A stretch of 64,000 nucleotides of DNA from Trichomonas gallinae (lineage: Eukaryota): NCBI GenBank assembly GCA_008369845.1, contig MRSU01000563.1, positions 1 through 64,000 on the forward strand. The letters run 5' to 3'. The notes under the pieces are model-generated. The model searched no databases, was not told where the DNA came from, and saw only the letters and a list, made by a program, of their open reading frames with translations. Position 1 is the first letter of the stretch. Each line of letters opens with the position of its first letter. The translations under genes and the position numbers were made by a program. This document shows, one piece after another, positions 10,108-20,031 of the stretch.

Positions 10108-11553
10108 ATGATATTGTCGTTCTTTGCACGCATAGCAATATGCGAAGACTTCAACAACATCAGGATGTACCAAGTAATGGTCAGTTCTTTCCAAGATGGA
10201 AACAGTTCGCTTGGTTATGGAACTGGATATGGCCCATCATCTCATAAGGGAGATCTAAGAGGTATTATCAATGCTCTTCCTTATATAAAAAGCTTAGGAG
10301 TTAACGCACTATGGATGACTCCAATTTTTGATTCTAAAAATGGCCAGGGAGGTTCTTTGTTGCAATCCACTGGCTATTTTTGCACAAATTATTTCAAAGT
10401 TGATCCAAAGTTTGGTGACGAAGAAACATTAAAAGAGTTGATTACAAAAGCGCATGAATTGGATTTGTATGTTATCCTAGATGGTGTTTTTGGACATCAC
10501 GGTGGAGTTTCTTCTGCTTCTCCAAACGGTTTGTGGCCACAAGGCGGCAACAATCCAGTCTCTTATCCAGGCTCATTAGAATACTACAAAGAAGTCGCTA
10601 CATATTGGATTGATAATTATGAAATTGACGGATGGAGATTAGACCAATGCTACCAGATGTACCAGAATGGACATAACTATTTGCATGAGATTAGAGAAGC
10701 AATCGAAACAATCTGCGCGACGAGAAAAGCAAGAGGAGAAAAATGGGGAATATTGGGTTATGTTGTTGGCGAACATTGGAGTGGAGCTAGTGATATAAAT
10801 ACAATGACATACGGGCAGGATGGACTGAAATCAGCTTTTGACTTCCCTTCGAGATATTACTTAGTGCAGACTGTTGCTATGGAAGAATCAGGAGCAGGTG
10901 GATATGGTGTTGAGAATTTGGGCAACATTTTCATGACAACGAGTGAAAAAGGATATAGTGGAACCGTTTATCCGAATTTATTCATTTCTAATCATGATGT
11001 TTGGAGACTGGGAAATTTGATTCGCAGCAAGTATGGATATGCAAGAGATAACAATGCATATTGGCTTAGGCATAAAATCGCTCTTGGAATTCTCGCAGCT
11101 TACAGTGGACCAATAACAATTTATTATGGTGATGAATATGGCGACATTGCTGAGTGCTGGTATGGAACAGGAGGAGCATGTGGAGGCAACACATACTCTG
11201 ATAACTGTGCCAGAACTGATGGAAGGATTTCTGGTTTTAACACATTGGAACAGGATTTGATCAACTTCACTACAAAAATGATGAAAATCAGATCTGAGAA
11301 TCCATCATTATGGAGAGGAACAAATGGGAAAACTTTCAACAATGGATGCATATTCAACTGCAAATATGATTCCGAGACAGGAAATAAAGTTGTTTTTGTA
11401 GCAAACTTGAGTCCAAGCAGCGTCACGACATCATATAATGTTGGTGGCACTAAGTTGACAGATCTTATTTCAGGAACTGTCTACACCTCTTCTAATGGCA
11501 TCTATCAGATAACAATGTCTGGTCTGAATGTTGCTCTATTTAAAGTTGAGTAA
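10108..11553 (+). CDS. GH13 alpha-amylase/glycosidase, bacterial-type
   Basis: YQVMVSSFQDG, GDLRGIINALPYIKSLGVNALWMTPIF; conserved regions LDGVFGH, GWRLD, GEHW, NHD; IYYGDE. Short hydrophobic leader; TCATTTT initiator just upstream. Confidence 0.93.
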   Translation: MILSFFARIAICEDFNNIRMYQVMVSSFQDGNSSLGYGTGYGPSSHKGDLRGIINALPYIKSLGVNALWMTPIFDSKNGQGGSLLQSTGYFCTNYFKVDPKFGDEETLKELITKAHELDLYVILDGVFGHHGGVSSASPNGLWPQGGNNPVSYPGSLEYYKEVATYWIDNYEIDGWRLDQCYQMYQNGHNYLHEIREAIETICATRKARGEKWGILGYVVGEHWSGASDINTMTYGQDGLKSAFDFPSRYYLVQTVAMEESGAGGYGVENLGNIFMTTSEKGYSGTVYPNLFISNHDVWRLGNLIRSKYGYARDNNAYWLRHKIALGILAAYSGPITIYYGDEYGDIAECWYGTGGACGGNTYSDNCARTDGRISGFNTLEQDLINFTTKMMKIRSENPSLWRGTNGKTFNNGCIFNCKYDSETGNKVVFVANLSPSSVTTSYNVGGTKLTDLISGTVYTSSNGIYQITMSGLNVALFKVE

Positions 11554-11678
11554 ATTAATTTCGCTATATATCCCAAATAATTTTAAAACATTTTCTTTTT
11601 GCACGGGTAAATGTTAATGAGATAACCCTTGAAATAATTAATTAAATCCAATGATTTGGTAAAAAAAGTAAACAAAAA

Positions 11679-14600
11679 TTATTTATTAAACTTATTATTG
11701 CAAAATTCGGCAAATATCTTGTATGATTGTAAAGATTCAACTTTTTCGAGTTTTGCTGATATTGAATTCGTTGACATCTTCTGGAATTTGTTAATATATG
11801 TGTTGATAATATTCGAATTGTTATTCTTCGGAGTTTGGTCTATAATCATCTCATCTATTGTCAGTGATTGAGAAATCGGGATAAAAGAAGGGAAAGTAAT
11901 GATTTCTTCTTTCTTTTCTTCTATTTGATTTAAAGTAACTTTTTCGTCTTTTTCCTCTTCTTCTTGAATATCATTGAATACATGAGGTCTTTCAAGAGTT
12001 TTCTCCGCACCTGGAATACTTTCAAGCTCAACTGTAGAACTTTCTCCATCTAATGATTTGCTTTCAATGATGTTTTCAGCAACGAAAGAATCATTTAATA
12101 TCTCTTCTGTTGCATTCATGTCAATAACTTCAATCGATTGATTAGAAATTGTTGAGTTGTCATCAATGAATTCTCTTTCTTCTTCCATATTTGTTGGGAA
12201 TGATATATTTTCTTCTTCGATAACCAAATTATTTATCTGTTCAACTGTATTTTCGCTTTGATTTTGCAATGAATCAGTTTCGTTAACAATCGATTGATTT
12301 GTCGAATTTTCATTCAAAAGTGCATCCAATTCATCAACATCTTCAACAATTGAATTGTTCCTATTCGTTTCTTCTTTTATTTCTTTTTGTTCAGTTTTAT
12401 CATCACCTTGCTTATTTTCTATTTCTTCAATATTTTGTTTTAGAGCTGTTTTATCATCAGATTGTTTTTGCTCGTTTTGCTCAATAGATTGTTTTTGTAA
12501 TGAAGATTTTGAAAACTTCTGTCTTGGTGTGAAAGCTTTCAAGTCATCATAGGATGAAAGATCAGATTTAGTTGTAGGATTCTCAATAGTATTCTTGAAC
12601 ATTATCTTATTCAAATCTGACGGTAAGGAATGAGGAACACTGATTTCTTCCTTCTGCTGGTTTTCATCATTGTTAATATCTTTAGAAATATTTTCATTGT
12701 GGTTAATTTTCTCATTTTTGGTTTCATTAGATTGGTTTTCGTTCTTTGCTTCTTTTGATTGTGGCGTTAGTTCATCATCGACTTGGAATTTCTTGAAAAA
12801 TTCTTCTGAGTCCATTCTATGGATTTCTTTCTTTTTAGGAGAACTTTCAAGTGTTTCATCTGATGATTCTCTGAACATTTGATCTGAAAAGTTTTGGAAG
12901 AAGTCATCCGATAAACTCGTTTTATTCTTCATTTTCGGCTTAATTTCGACATCGCCATTTTCATGATTTTCGTATGCAACTGATCTCTCATTGACTTTGT
13001 TTTCATCATCAACTGTATTTGTGTCGATATTGTCAGAATTTGAATCAAATAAGCCTCCAATATTATCTGTCTGAGACTTTTCATCATTATCAGTAATAAT
13101 GGGGAAATGATCGAATGGATTTTCACTTTTTTTATCTTCATTAGTAGAATCAATTGTTCCATCAGCGTTTTTGGATTGAGAATTTTCTTCGACATTGTTT
13201 AACTTTTCTTCATTTGATAAGATTTCATTTTCTTCATTATCCGAATTAAAGAATCCACCAATATTATCTGTATGGGATTTTTCATTATCAAATTTAGGAA
13301 AATGATTGAATGAATTAAACTCATTTTGTGTTGTAATTTCATCTTCTTTTTGAGAATCAACGAATCCTTCAACATTTTCTGTTTGAGAAGTTTCATTAAA
13401 TTTAGGAAACTGAGCAAATAAGTCTTGAGCTTTGTCATCATTTGGTTCTTCTTGTTCTATTTGTTTCTCTGTAGTTTCATCATGCTGATTTGAATTTCCT
13501 TCATCTGCTTCTTCATCTGATTCAAAGAAGCCACCAATATTGTCTGTCTGATATTTTTCATCAATATCACTAAGTTTGGGAAAATGATTGAAAAGATTTG
13601 AAGAATCAAACTCTTCTTCGTTGTTATAAGTAAATAGTCCATCATTGGTGTTTGTCTGTAGTCTTTCTTCAGTATTTTCTATCAATGAATTTGATCTAAA
13701 TGTTTCAGTCGATTTTTCTTCTATGTCTTGGTTTTCTTCAATATCTGTATGCAGTTTTTCTTCATCAACATTAACTGTTAATGAACCAATTTCCTGATTT
13801 TGGATTTCATTTACTTGAGATTTTTCAGTTTCAATAACATTTGATTGATTTAATGAAATAAATTCTTCGTTTTGTGCTTTATTTTCATGATGGCTGTTTG
13901 GCTCTTCTATTTCATTTTCTTCATTATCAGAATTAAAGAATCCACTAATATTATCAGTTTGAGATTTTTCATTATCATTAAATTTAGGAAAATTATCAAA
14001 TGGACTAAACTCATTTTGTGTTTTAGAAGTTTCGTTTTCATCAAACTTAGGAAATTGAGCAAATAAATCTTCAGTATTGATTTCAGTTAATTTGCTTTGT
14101 TCTTCTTTTTGTGAATTATCTACATCTTGGTCAAATATATTTGACTTTACTTCTTCTGCTTTTTGCCTTGAGATTTCTTCTGTTTTATCATCGGATTCAA
14201 AGAAGCCTCCAATATTGTCTGTTTCTGCTACTTCATTTAAATTTGAGTCTGTGAATGTATTTGAAAAACCTTCTGCTGGAAATTCAAATACATTATGCGA
14301 AGCATCTTTTGAATTTTTCTCATCAACATTATCTGGTTCATTGTTCATAGCTTTGTTTTCTTCTGTTTCATCAGAATTCAATACTTTATCATTAACTGTT
14401 TCCTCTTGATGAGTTTCGACTTTATCTTCATTCGCAATGATTTCCAATTTACTATCATCGATTTGTAATGCTTCATTTTTGTTTTCTTCATCGTCAGAAT
14501 CGAAAAATCTTCCGATATTGTCTGTTTGTGATTTTTCATTTGCGTTAGTATATGAGTCAATGAAACCTCCAATATTATCTGTATCTTTGAAAGCATTCGA

Positions 14601-16349
14601 GAATCCTTCTGCTGGAAATTCTAAACTATTGACTGATTTAGAAGTATTTTGCTCATTGACTTTGCTTTCCTCTGTTTCATTATAAGAATCAAAGAATCCA
14701 CCAATATTGTCTGTTTCTGCTTTTTCCTCTTCTTTTGTGCTGAAATCTGGGTATTTAGAAAAAGCATTTGAAAAACTATCTTTTGGAGATTTGATCTTAG
14801 TTTGTGATTCACTTTGATTTTCTTCGTTTTCATTATATGAATCAAAGAAGCCACCAATATTATCTGACTCATTCTTGACGTTTTGGAAAGATTTGCCAAA
14901 GAATCCATCAAACTCATCTGTCTTTTCATTGAAAGCTGGGAAATTTGCAAAAGCTGCAGGAATGAATTCTTTATTTTTGTCATCAGATTCATTTCGTTGT
15001 TCAATATTGTCAATTTGAGACGCTTCGTTTGTATTTTCATTATTCATTGTATCTTTTACAGAAGCATGTGTTTCATCAATATTTATAGTTTCTGGAGAAT
15101 CAAACTCAACCTCTCTCGATATGAGAAGTGGTTCTTCAACGGCAATTTGATTGGATCCGGTAACTTCTTTATCATTCTCTGTTTTATCATCTTCACAACT
15201 CTCGTTGTTTGCTAGCAAATCTACGACTTTAGCTCCACCAAATTCGTCATCATCGTCAAAGAATCCATCGCTTTCGTTATGCAATAAACATAGTTCATTT
15301 TCTTTATAATTCATTTCCTCATTTTGTATTTGTTCTTTAACACTCTTATGTTCTTCTTGTATTCTCTGTTCTTCTAACTTTCTCTGTTCTTCTAATTTTC
15401 TCTGCTCTTCTAATTTACTCTGTTCTTCTTGTTTTTTCTGTTCTTCTAATTTTCTCTGTTCTTCCAGTCTTCTTTGTTCTTCTTGTTTTCTCTGTTTTTC
15501 TAGTATTCTCTGCTCTTCTAATTTTCTCTGTTGTTCAATTCTTCTCTGTTCTTCAATCTTCTTCTTATGTTGTTCTTCTCTTTTGAGTTCCGCGGCTTTC
15601 TTTTGATCGTTTTTCTTTTCATCTGTTTTAGGCAATGAAAAATCGAGCAATGAAATATTGCCTGCTGAGTTTGATTCTATTTGTAGCAATGATTGGCTTG
15701 TAGATGGTTTGCGCTTGAACACATCAAAATCTGGATCACTTCTTGTTAAATTTATTAAATCGTCTGTTTCGAGTGTTTTTGATTTCGGTAAATTCGGCTG
15801 TATCCCAAGCATACCTAATATATCATTTGAAGTAGAATTGTCCTGTGAAGAAGTAAAAAATAAATCTTCATTACTTGAAGTTGCATTTTTCTTAGGTTCA
15901 TTGAAAACATCGAAGTCAGGATCATGATATAGTTGCGTATTTTCCAAGCCAATCAACGATTCCAACGAATTTGAATTTGGTTGTATAGTATTTGATTGGA
16001 AATCTGAAGTATTTGAATTAAAGTTTGTATTCATTATTGAATTAATTATAGTATGTTGATGTTTTTGTTTGCCAAATAATGCATCGAATTCATTCGAATA
16101 ATTCATGTTTGAATTTTGTAAATTTTGTGAAGTATTTTGTTTAATTGGTGTGTTTTGCATGAACTGATCGCGTGGAGAAGGTGTAAACTGAAACCATGTA
16201 GTTGAATTAACTGGATTTTGATGAGTAATGATTTTTTCGGGAGGATTTCCGAATATTTCTCTTGGATCTATTGATTGTTGCGGCAACGATTGTCTTAATA
16301 AGTCATCATTTGGCCCAAAAGGCCTATTTTGCATAAAAAATTTTAACAT
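11679..16349 (-). CDS. Acidic low-complexity protein with a coiled-coil segment and repeated DNIGGFF / FxxFPKF motifs
   Basis: 1556-aa ATG-initiated ORF rich in E/D/N/S, with no recognisable folded domain. Confidence 0.85.
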   Translation of the reverse strand: MLKFFMQNRPFGPNDDLLRQSLPQQSIDPREIFGNPPEKIITHQNPVNSTTWFQFTPSPRDQFMQNTPIKQNTSQNLQNSNMNYSNEFDALFGKQKHQHTIINSIMNTNFNSNTSDFQSNTIQPNSNSLESLIGLENTQLYHDPDFDVFNEPKKNATSSNEDLFFTSSQDNSTSNDILGMLGIQPNLPKSKTLETDDLINLTRSDPDFDVFKRKPSTSQSLLQIESNSAGNISLLDFSLPKTDEKKNDQKKAAELKREEQHKKKIEEQRRIEQQRKLEEQRILEKQRKQEEQRRLEEQRKLEEQKKQEEQSKLEEQRKLEEQRKLEEQRIQEEHKSVKEQIQNEEMNYKENELCLLHNESDGFFDDDDEFGGAKVVDLLANNESCEDDKTENDKEVTGSNQIAVEEPLLISREVEFDSPETINIDETHASVKDTMNNENTNEASQIDNIEQRNESDDKNKEFIPAAFANFPAFNEKTDEFDGFFGKSFQNVKNESDNIGGFFDSYNENEENQSESQTKIKSPKDSFSNAFSKYPDFSTKEEEKAETDNIGGFFDSYNETEESKVNEQNTSKSVNSLEFPAEGFSNAFKDTDNIGGFIDSYTNANEKSQTDNIGRFFDSDDEENKNEALQIDDSKLEIIANEDKVETHQEETVNDKVLNSDETEENKAMNNEPDNVDEKNSKDASHNVFEFPAEGFSNTFTDSNLNEVAETDNIGGFFESDDKTEEISRQKAEEVKSNIFDQDVDNSQKEEQSKLTEINTEDLFAQFPKFDENETSKTQNEFSPFDNFPKFNDNEKSQTDNISGFFNSDNEENEIEEPNSHHENKAQNEEFISLNQSNVIETEKSQVNEIQNQEIGSLTVNVDEEKLHTDIEENQDIEEKSTETFRSNSLIENTEERLQTNTNDGLFTYNNEEEFDSSNLFNHFPKLSDIDEKYQTDNIGGFFESDEEADEGNSNQHDETTEKQIEQEEPNDDKAQDLFAQFPKFNETSQTENVEGFVDSQKEDEITTQNEFNSFNHFPKFDNEKSHTDNIGGFFNSDNEENEILSNEEKLNNVEENSQSKNADGTIDSTNEDKKSENPFDHFPIITDNDEKSQTDNIGGLFDSNSDNIDTNTVDDENKVNERSVAYENHENGDVEIKPKMKNKTSLSDDFFQNFSDQMFRESSDETLESSPKKKEIHRMDSEEFFKKFQVDDELTPQSKEAKNENQSNETKNEKINHNENISKDINNDENQQKEEISVPHSLPSDLNKIMFKNTIENPTTKSDLSSYDDLKAFTPRQKFSKSSLQKQSIEQNEQKQSDDKTALKQNIEEIENKQGDDKTEQKEIKEETNRNNSIVEDVDELDALLNENSTNQSIVNETDSLQNQSENTVEQINNLVIEEENISFPTNMEEEREFIDDNSTISNQSIEVIDMNATEEILNDSFVAENIIESKSLDGESSTVELESIPGAEKTLERPHVFNDIQEEEEKDEKVTLNQIEEKKEEIITFPSFIPISQSLTIDEMIIDQTPKNNNSNIINTYINKFQKMSTNSISAKLEKVESLQSYKIFAEFCNNKFNK
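15351..15560. repeat. Imperfect 18-nt coding tandem repeat (EEQRKL units)
   Basis: Repeated TTCTCTGTTCTTCTAA-like units encoding EEQRKL/EEQRRI coiled-coil repeats. Confidence 0.8.
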
Positions 16350-16472
16350 TAGGGTCTTACGAAAAATAAAAAGGGTTAATAAAAAGAGGGTTTAAAATAT
16401 TATAAAAGGGGAATTTAAAACAGACAAAGAAAAATGATGAAATTGTTGTATTGTACTAGTAAACAAATAGAT

Positions 16473-17522
16473 TTATTCAAGAATTTTTGGTCTTCTTCGA
16501 CTTTCTAAAAATTCGTGAATTTTGTATGCATTTAAACCATGTGTTGGAGGAGGTTTTGCATCTGTTGGTATATACTGTATTTCAATGTACAGTTCAGAAA
16601 CCAAAGAAGGATAATTTGATCTATCCAAAGAATGAGAACCTCCTGCATTCGATTTCTTTGTTGATGTTTTCTCAAAATAGCATCCAGAAACTATTGATGA
16701 AGAATATCCTGCATTGTCATCCATAATTCCGTTTTTTGTCACGATGATATAAATATTAGAATTGTTGATGAAAGCTGACTCTAAAACATTGATTGTTACA
16801 ATGTTATATCCACCTATTAAAGCTCCAACTTCATTATTACTAAAAATGCATCTTTGAATCGAATAAGTATTGCTGTAAGCTATGGCACATCCATAATTAT
16901 AGTCATAATAAGAATTTGTAGATTTAACAGCAGTGTTATTAACAAAATAACTGTTTTTGATTGAATCATTATTTGAACTACTTGGGAAAACTGTGAAAAA
17001 TGGAACATTATAACAAAGTGCATTACTAATGTTGATTGATTTGGTTTGACTTCTTAAATATTGAAATTTAAATCCAGAAACACCTTTTTTATTGATTCCG
17101 CACTGATCAAGGCTGGAGTAGAAAAATCTGACTGTGTCTCCATTCTGCACAGTCAGAAAATTAGCTTTGTTGTTATAATAATCCATTAAATCAGATCCAT
17201 AGCAAATTGTTGCTTTTGCTTTGGCAATAACCATATCAGATGGTTCGCAATGGAAGAAAATGGTACTATCTGTTTGATAACTTATGCATTTTGAAAATGT
17301 GCAATCTTCAATCAATATCTTGACGTTAGCATTCTGGATTTGATCATAATATATGCAAGGTGCTTGTATATCCACGAATTTAAGTAATTTAGCATAGTTA
17401 TTGTTATTTGACTGAAATGTTGAGTTATATTTTATATAAGTGGTCTCATTGAAGTAATCATTCCAGCCCGTATGAGCTAATACCTTGCTTTTAAGCTTGA
17501 ACTGCGACAAAAATGAAATCAT
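16473..17522 (-). CDS. Uncharacterised WxDY[YF] family protein, probable right-handed beta-helix (paralog 1)
   Basis: WNDYF, ILIEDCTF, NFLTVQNGDTVRF, FKFQYLRS.TK.INIS, IQRCIFSNN, SAFINN; these motifs are shared with the other paralogs in the window. ATG at 17522. Confidence 0.85.
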   Translation of the reverse strand: MISFLSQFKLKSKVLAHTGWNDYFNETTYIKYNSTFQSNNNNYAKLLKFVDIQAPCIYYDQIQNANVKILIEDCTFSKCISYQTDSTIFFHCEPSDMVIAKAKATICYGSDLMDYYNNKANFLTVQNGDTVRFFYSSLDQCGINKKGVSGFKFQYLRSQTKSINISNALCYNVPFFTVFPSSSNNDSIKNSYFVNNTAVKSTNSYYDYNYGCAIAYSNTYSIQRCIFSNNEVGALIGGYNIVTINVLESAFINNSNIYIIVTKNGIMDDNAGYSSSIVSGCYFEKTSTKKSNAGGSHSLDRSNYPSLVSELYIEIQYIPTDAKPPPTHGLNAYKIHEFLESRRRPKILE

Positions 17523-18118
17523 CAAAAAAAATGATAAAATTTTGTCTTCTAGTAAATAATCAGCCTCTTTACATGCACATTATTATGTTACACGAAATAA
17601 AATTTCATAAAACCGGTACTTTTGTCTTTCTTCAGAAAAAAATTGTACTCAAAAAATAAAAATCAATCTTATCTGGCATAAAATCCAATGTGCTGTTTTC
17701 CATTGGCTTTTAAAAAATAGTTGAAAATTGGCAAAACCACTTTTACCGATCATAAAACAAAACATTCCAAAAATATAAAGCTTATAACTAGATGAATGAA
17801 ATGTGTTAACCTTTCAGAGCAAAAGAATTTAATGCTGTTAGCGAATAAGTTTTATGCTGTGATAACAATTGTTATATAGCTCGTATAGATTCAGATTTCC
17901 AAAACATAACTTTATTTTACAGTTTAGAATTTTTTGTTGTTGTTAAAATATTATGCATTATTATTATTTATATGAGCCAAATTTGCAATCGAAATTGAAA
18001 TTTTTTCACTTTATATAATTTTGATTGGAAAATTATTGATAGTGAAACATATTATCGGTCTGTATGCAAAAGAAAATGACTTTTATTTATTATTATAAAC
18101 ATATTTTGTCTCAACTGT

Positions 18119-19183
18119 TTACTTTCGTCTTCCCACGACATGAAATTTTGCTCTAAGTTGATAAACATTCAACTGGTATGTTCTTAAAATTGATGCAGAT
18201 GGAATCCGAACTTCTTGGTATAAAGATGAGACTAAATTCGGATAGTTATCAAAATTAATTGTAAAAGATCCTTGAGAAGCACCTATTGTATATTCACTTG
18301 TACTTGTATTTTCATAGTAGCAGTTATCAATCATTGCATCAGGATATAATTCTTGTCCATTTCCATCTTTCGTAGATTTGTATATGTATTTATTGCTGTT
18401 ATTTATGAATGCACATTCAATAATATTGACTGTGACATCTCGATATCCATGGATGAGAGTTATTACTTTGTTGTTTGCAAAAATGCATCTTTTAATTGTA
18501 TAAGTACCTGACCAACAAACAGAAGCACCATAGTTGTCATTTAAACCTCGTTCATTATTTAATATTTTTGCAGTGTTTTCTGCAAAATAACAATTAACAC
18601 ACATATCCCCATTGTCATTTGGCATCACCATGAAGAATGGTGTGTTGTAATTGCTGCATCGAGTGATGTTGATTCTTTTCGTGTTGCTTGGAAGCCATAG
18701 GAACTTAAAACCGTTTGCTCCCAAACCTTGATCTGAACTTTGTCCAATTGAAGAATCAATGAAATTGACAAATGTTCCTCCTAGAACTGAAAGGAAATTT
18801 GCTCCAGAGTTATAGTAAAAACATGATGAAGCATCATTATAACAAAATTGTGCGACATTTTTAGCCAAAGTGATTTTTGATGAGTCTGTACCTAGATATA
18901 TAGCGCCACATTTGAAATTATTATTAACTTGATTTTTATAATGAGTCTTTATATTAGTAAAAGAGCATTCTTCGATTAAAAGTGTTATATTTTTATTAGA
19001 TGGATATTCAATTAGAATTGATATATCTGATAAATCTACGTATTGATTGCGTTTTGAGTAATATTTCGTATCATTTTGGAAACTATTGAAGTCATTAGGT
19101 ATTAGAGTTGGAGTACCTTCATAATAATCATTCCAAGCATGTGTTAGCTTTGTTGAGACGTGCAGGCAAAGATCGAAAAACAT
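18119..19183 (-). CDS. Uncharacterised WxDY[YF] family protein (paralog 2)
   Basis: WNDYY, LLIEECSF, NFLSVLGG, FKFLWLPSNTKRINIT, IKRCIFANN, CAFINN. Confidence 0.87.
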   Translation of the reverse strand: MFFDLCLHVSTKLTHAWNDYYEGTPTLIPNDFNSFQNDTKYYSKRNQYVDLSDISILIEYPSNKNITLLIEECSFTNIKTHYKNQVNNNFKCGAIYLGTDSSKITLAKNVAQFCYNDASSCFYYNSGANFLSVLGGTFVNFIDSSIGQSSDQGLGANGFKFLWLPSNTKRINITRCSNYNTPFFMVMPNDNGDMCVNCYFAENTAKILNNERGLNDNYGASVCWSGTYTIKRCIFANNKVITLIHGYRDVTVNIIECAFINNSNKYIYKSTKDGNGQELYPDAMIDNCYYENTSTSEYTIGASQGSFTINFDNYPNLVSSLYQEVRIPSASILRTYQLNVYQLRAKFHVVGRRK

Positions 19184-19677
19184 AATCTAAATTCTGAACT
19201 AAATCATTGAAAAGTTAATTGATTTATTGGACTAGTATTACTTAAATGAGTGATTTCTATGAAATAAGATCTCAAAACTGATTTCAGTTTCATTTCAATT
19301 TTGAATGTGATTTTATTTTCGTTTATCGTGTATTTTGATTTATCAAATAATAAGGCAATATTCTAATTCACAAGACTTCAGAAATTTGAATTGTGAAACA
19401 AAATAAGGTGATCAACATAATATCACAGTCTTAAGATATAGCAAAAACAGTAATTATAGCATAAAATTTTTATGCAAGACGGAGGGAAAATGTTTTGAAT
19501 ATGATTTTTATTAATTCTATACGATGTGATCCCATTTCGTGTCGTAGTACTGTGTTGAATACACATCCACTAATAGTTAGAAAGATTTTCGATGAATCTT
19601 CAACTTTTTTCAATTCTAAAGTTCTGACAGTCAAGTGAGTAAAATATCAATTTGTGATCATATCCTTGCCGAAGATA

Positions 19678-19869
19678 TTGGGTCTTTATATTAGTAAATG
19701 AGCATTCTTCAATTAAAAGTGTTATATTTCTATTAGATGGACCCTCAATTTGAATTGATATATTTGATAAATCTACGTATTTATTGCGTTTTGAATTCAA
19801 AAGGTCATTAGGTATTAGAGTTGCTGTGCCTTCATAATAATCGTTCCATTGAGATGCAAGGATTGGCAA
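19678..19869 (-). pseudogene. Truncated 5' duplicate of paralog 2
   Basis: About 19681-19850 is clearly similar at DNA level to about 18944-19135, with an 8-codon deletion. No ATG, and similarity ends after FTNIKT. Confidence 0.85.
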
Positions 19870-20031
19870 TGTTTATGGAAGACTGAAGAAACTGGAAAAT
19901 AAATTTTGATGTTAACCTTATTTAATTCAAAAAAAAAAAAAAAAAACAGAAATTTTTTCTGTTTGTTGTCAGATTTGATATATTGAGGGGTTTAACAAAA
20001 TATAAAGGGGTTATTAAAAAATTATACTTTT

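Noticed and set aside
13000..14900. Regularly recurring CCAATATTRTCTG units considered as a CRISPR-like array
   Set aside because: They encode the DNIGG peptide motif within a long ORF, vary at synonymous sites and are irregularly spaced.
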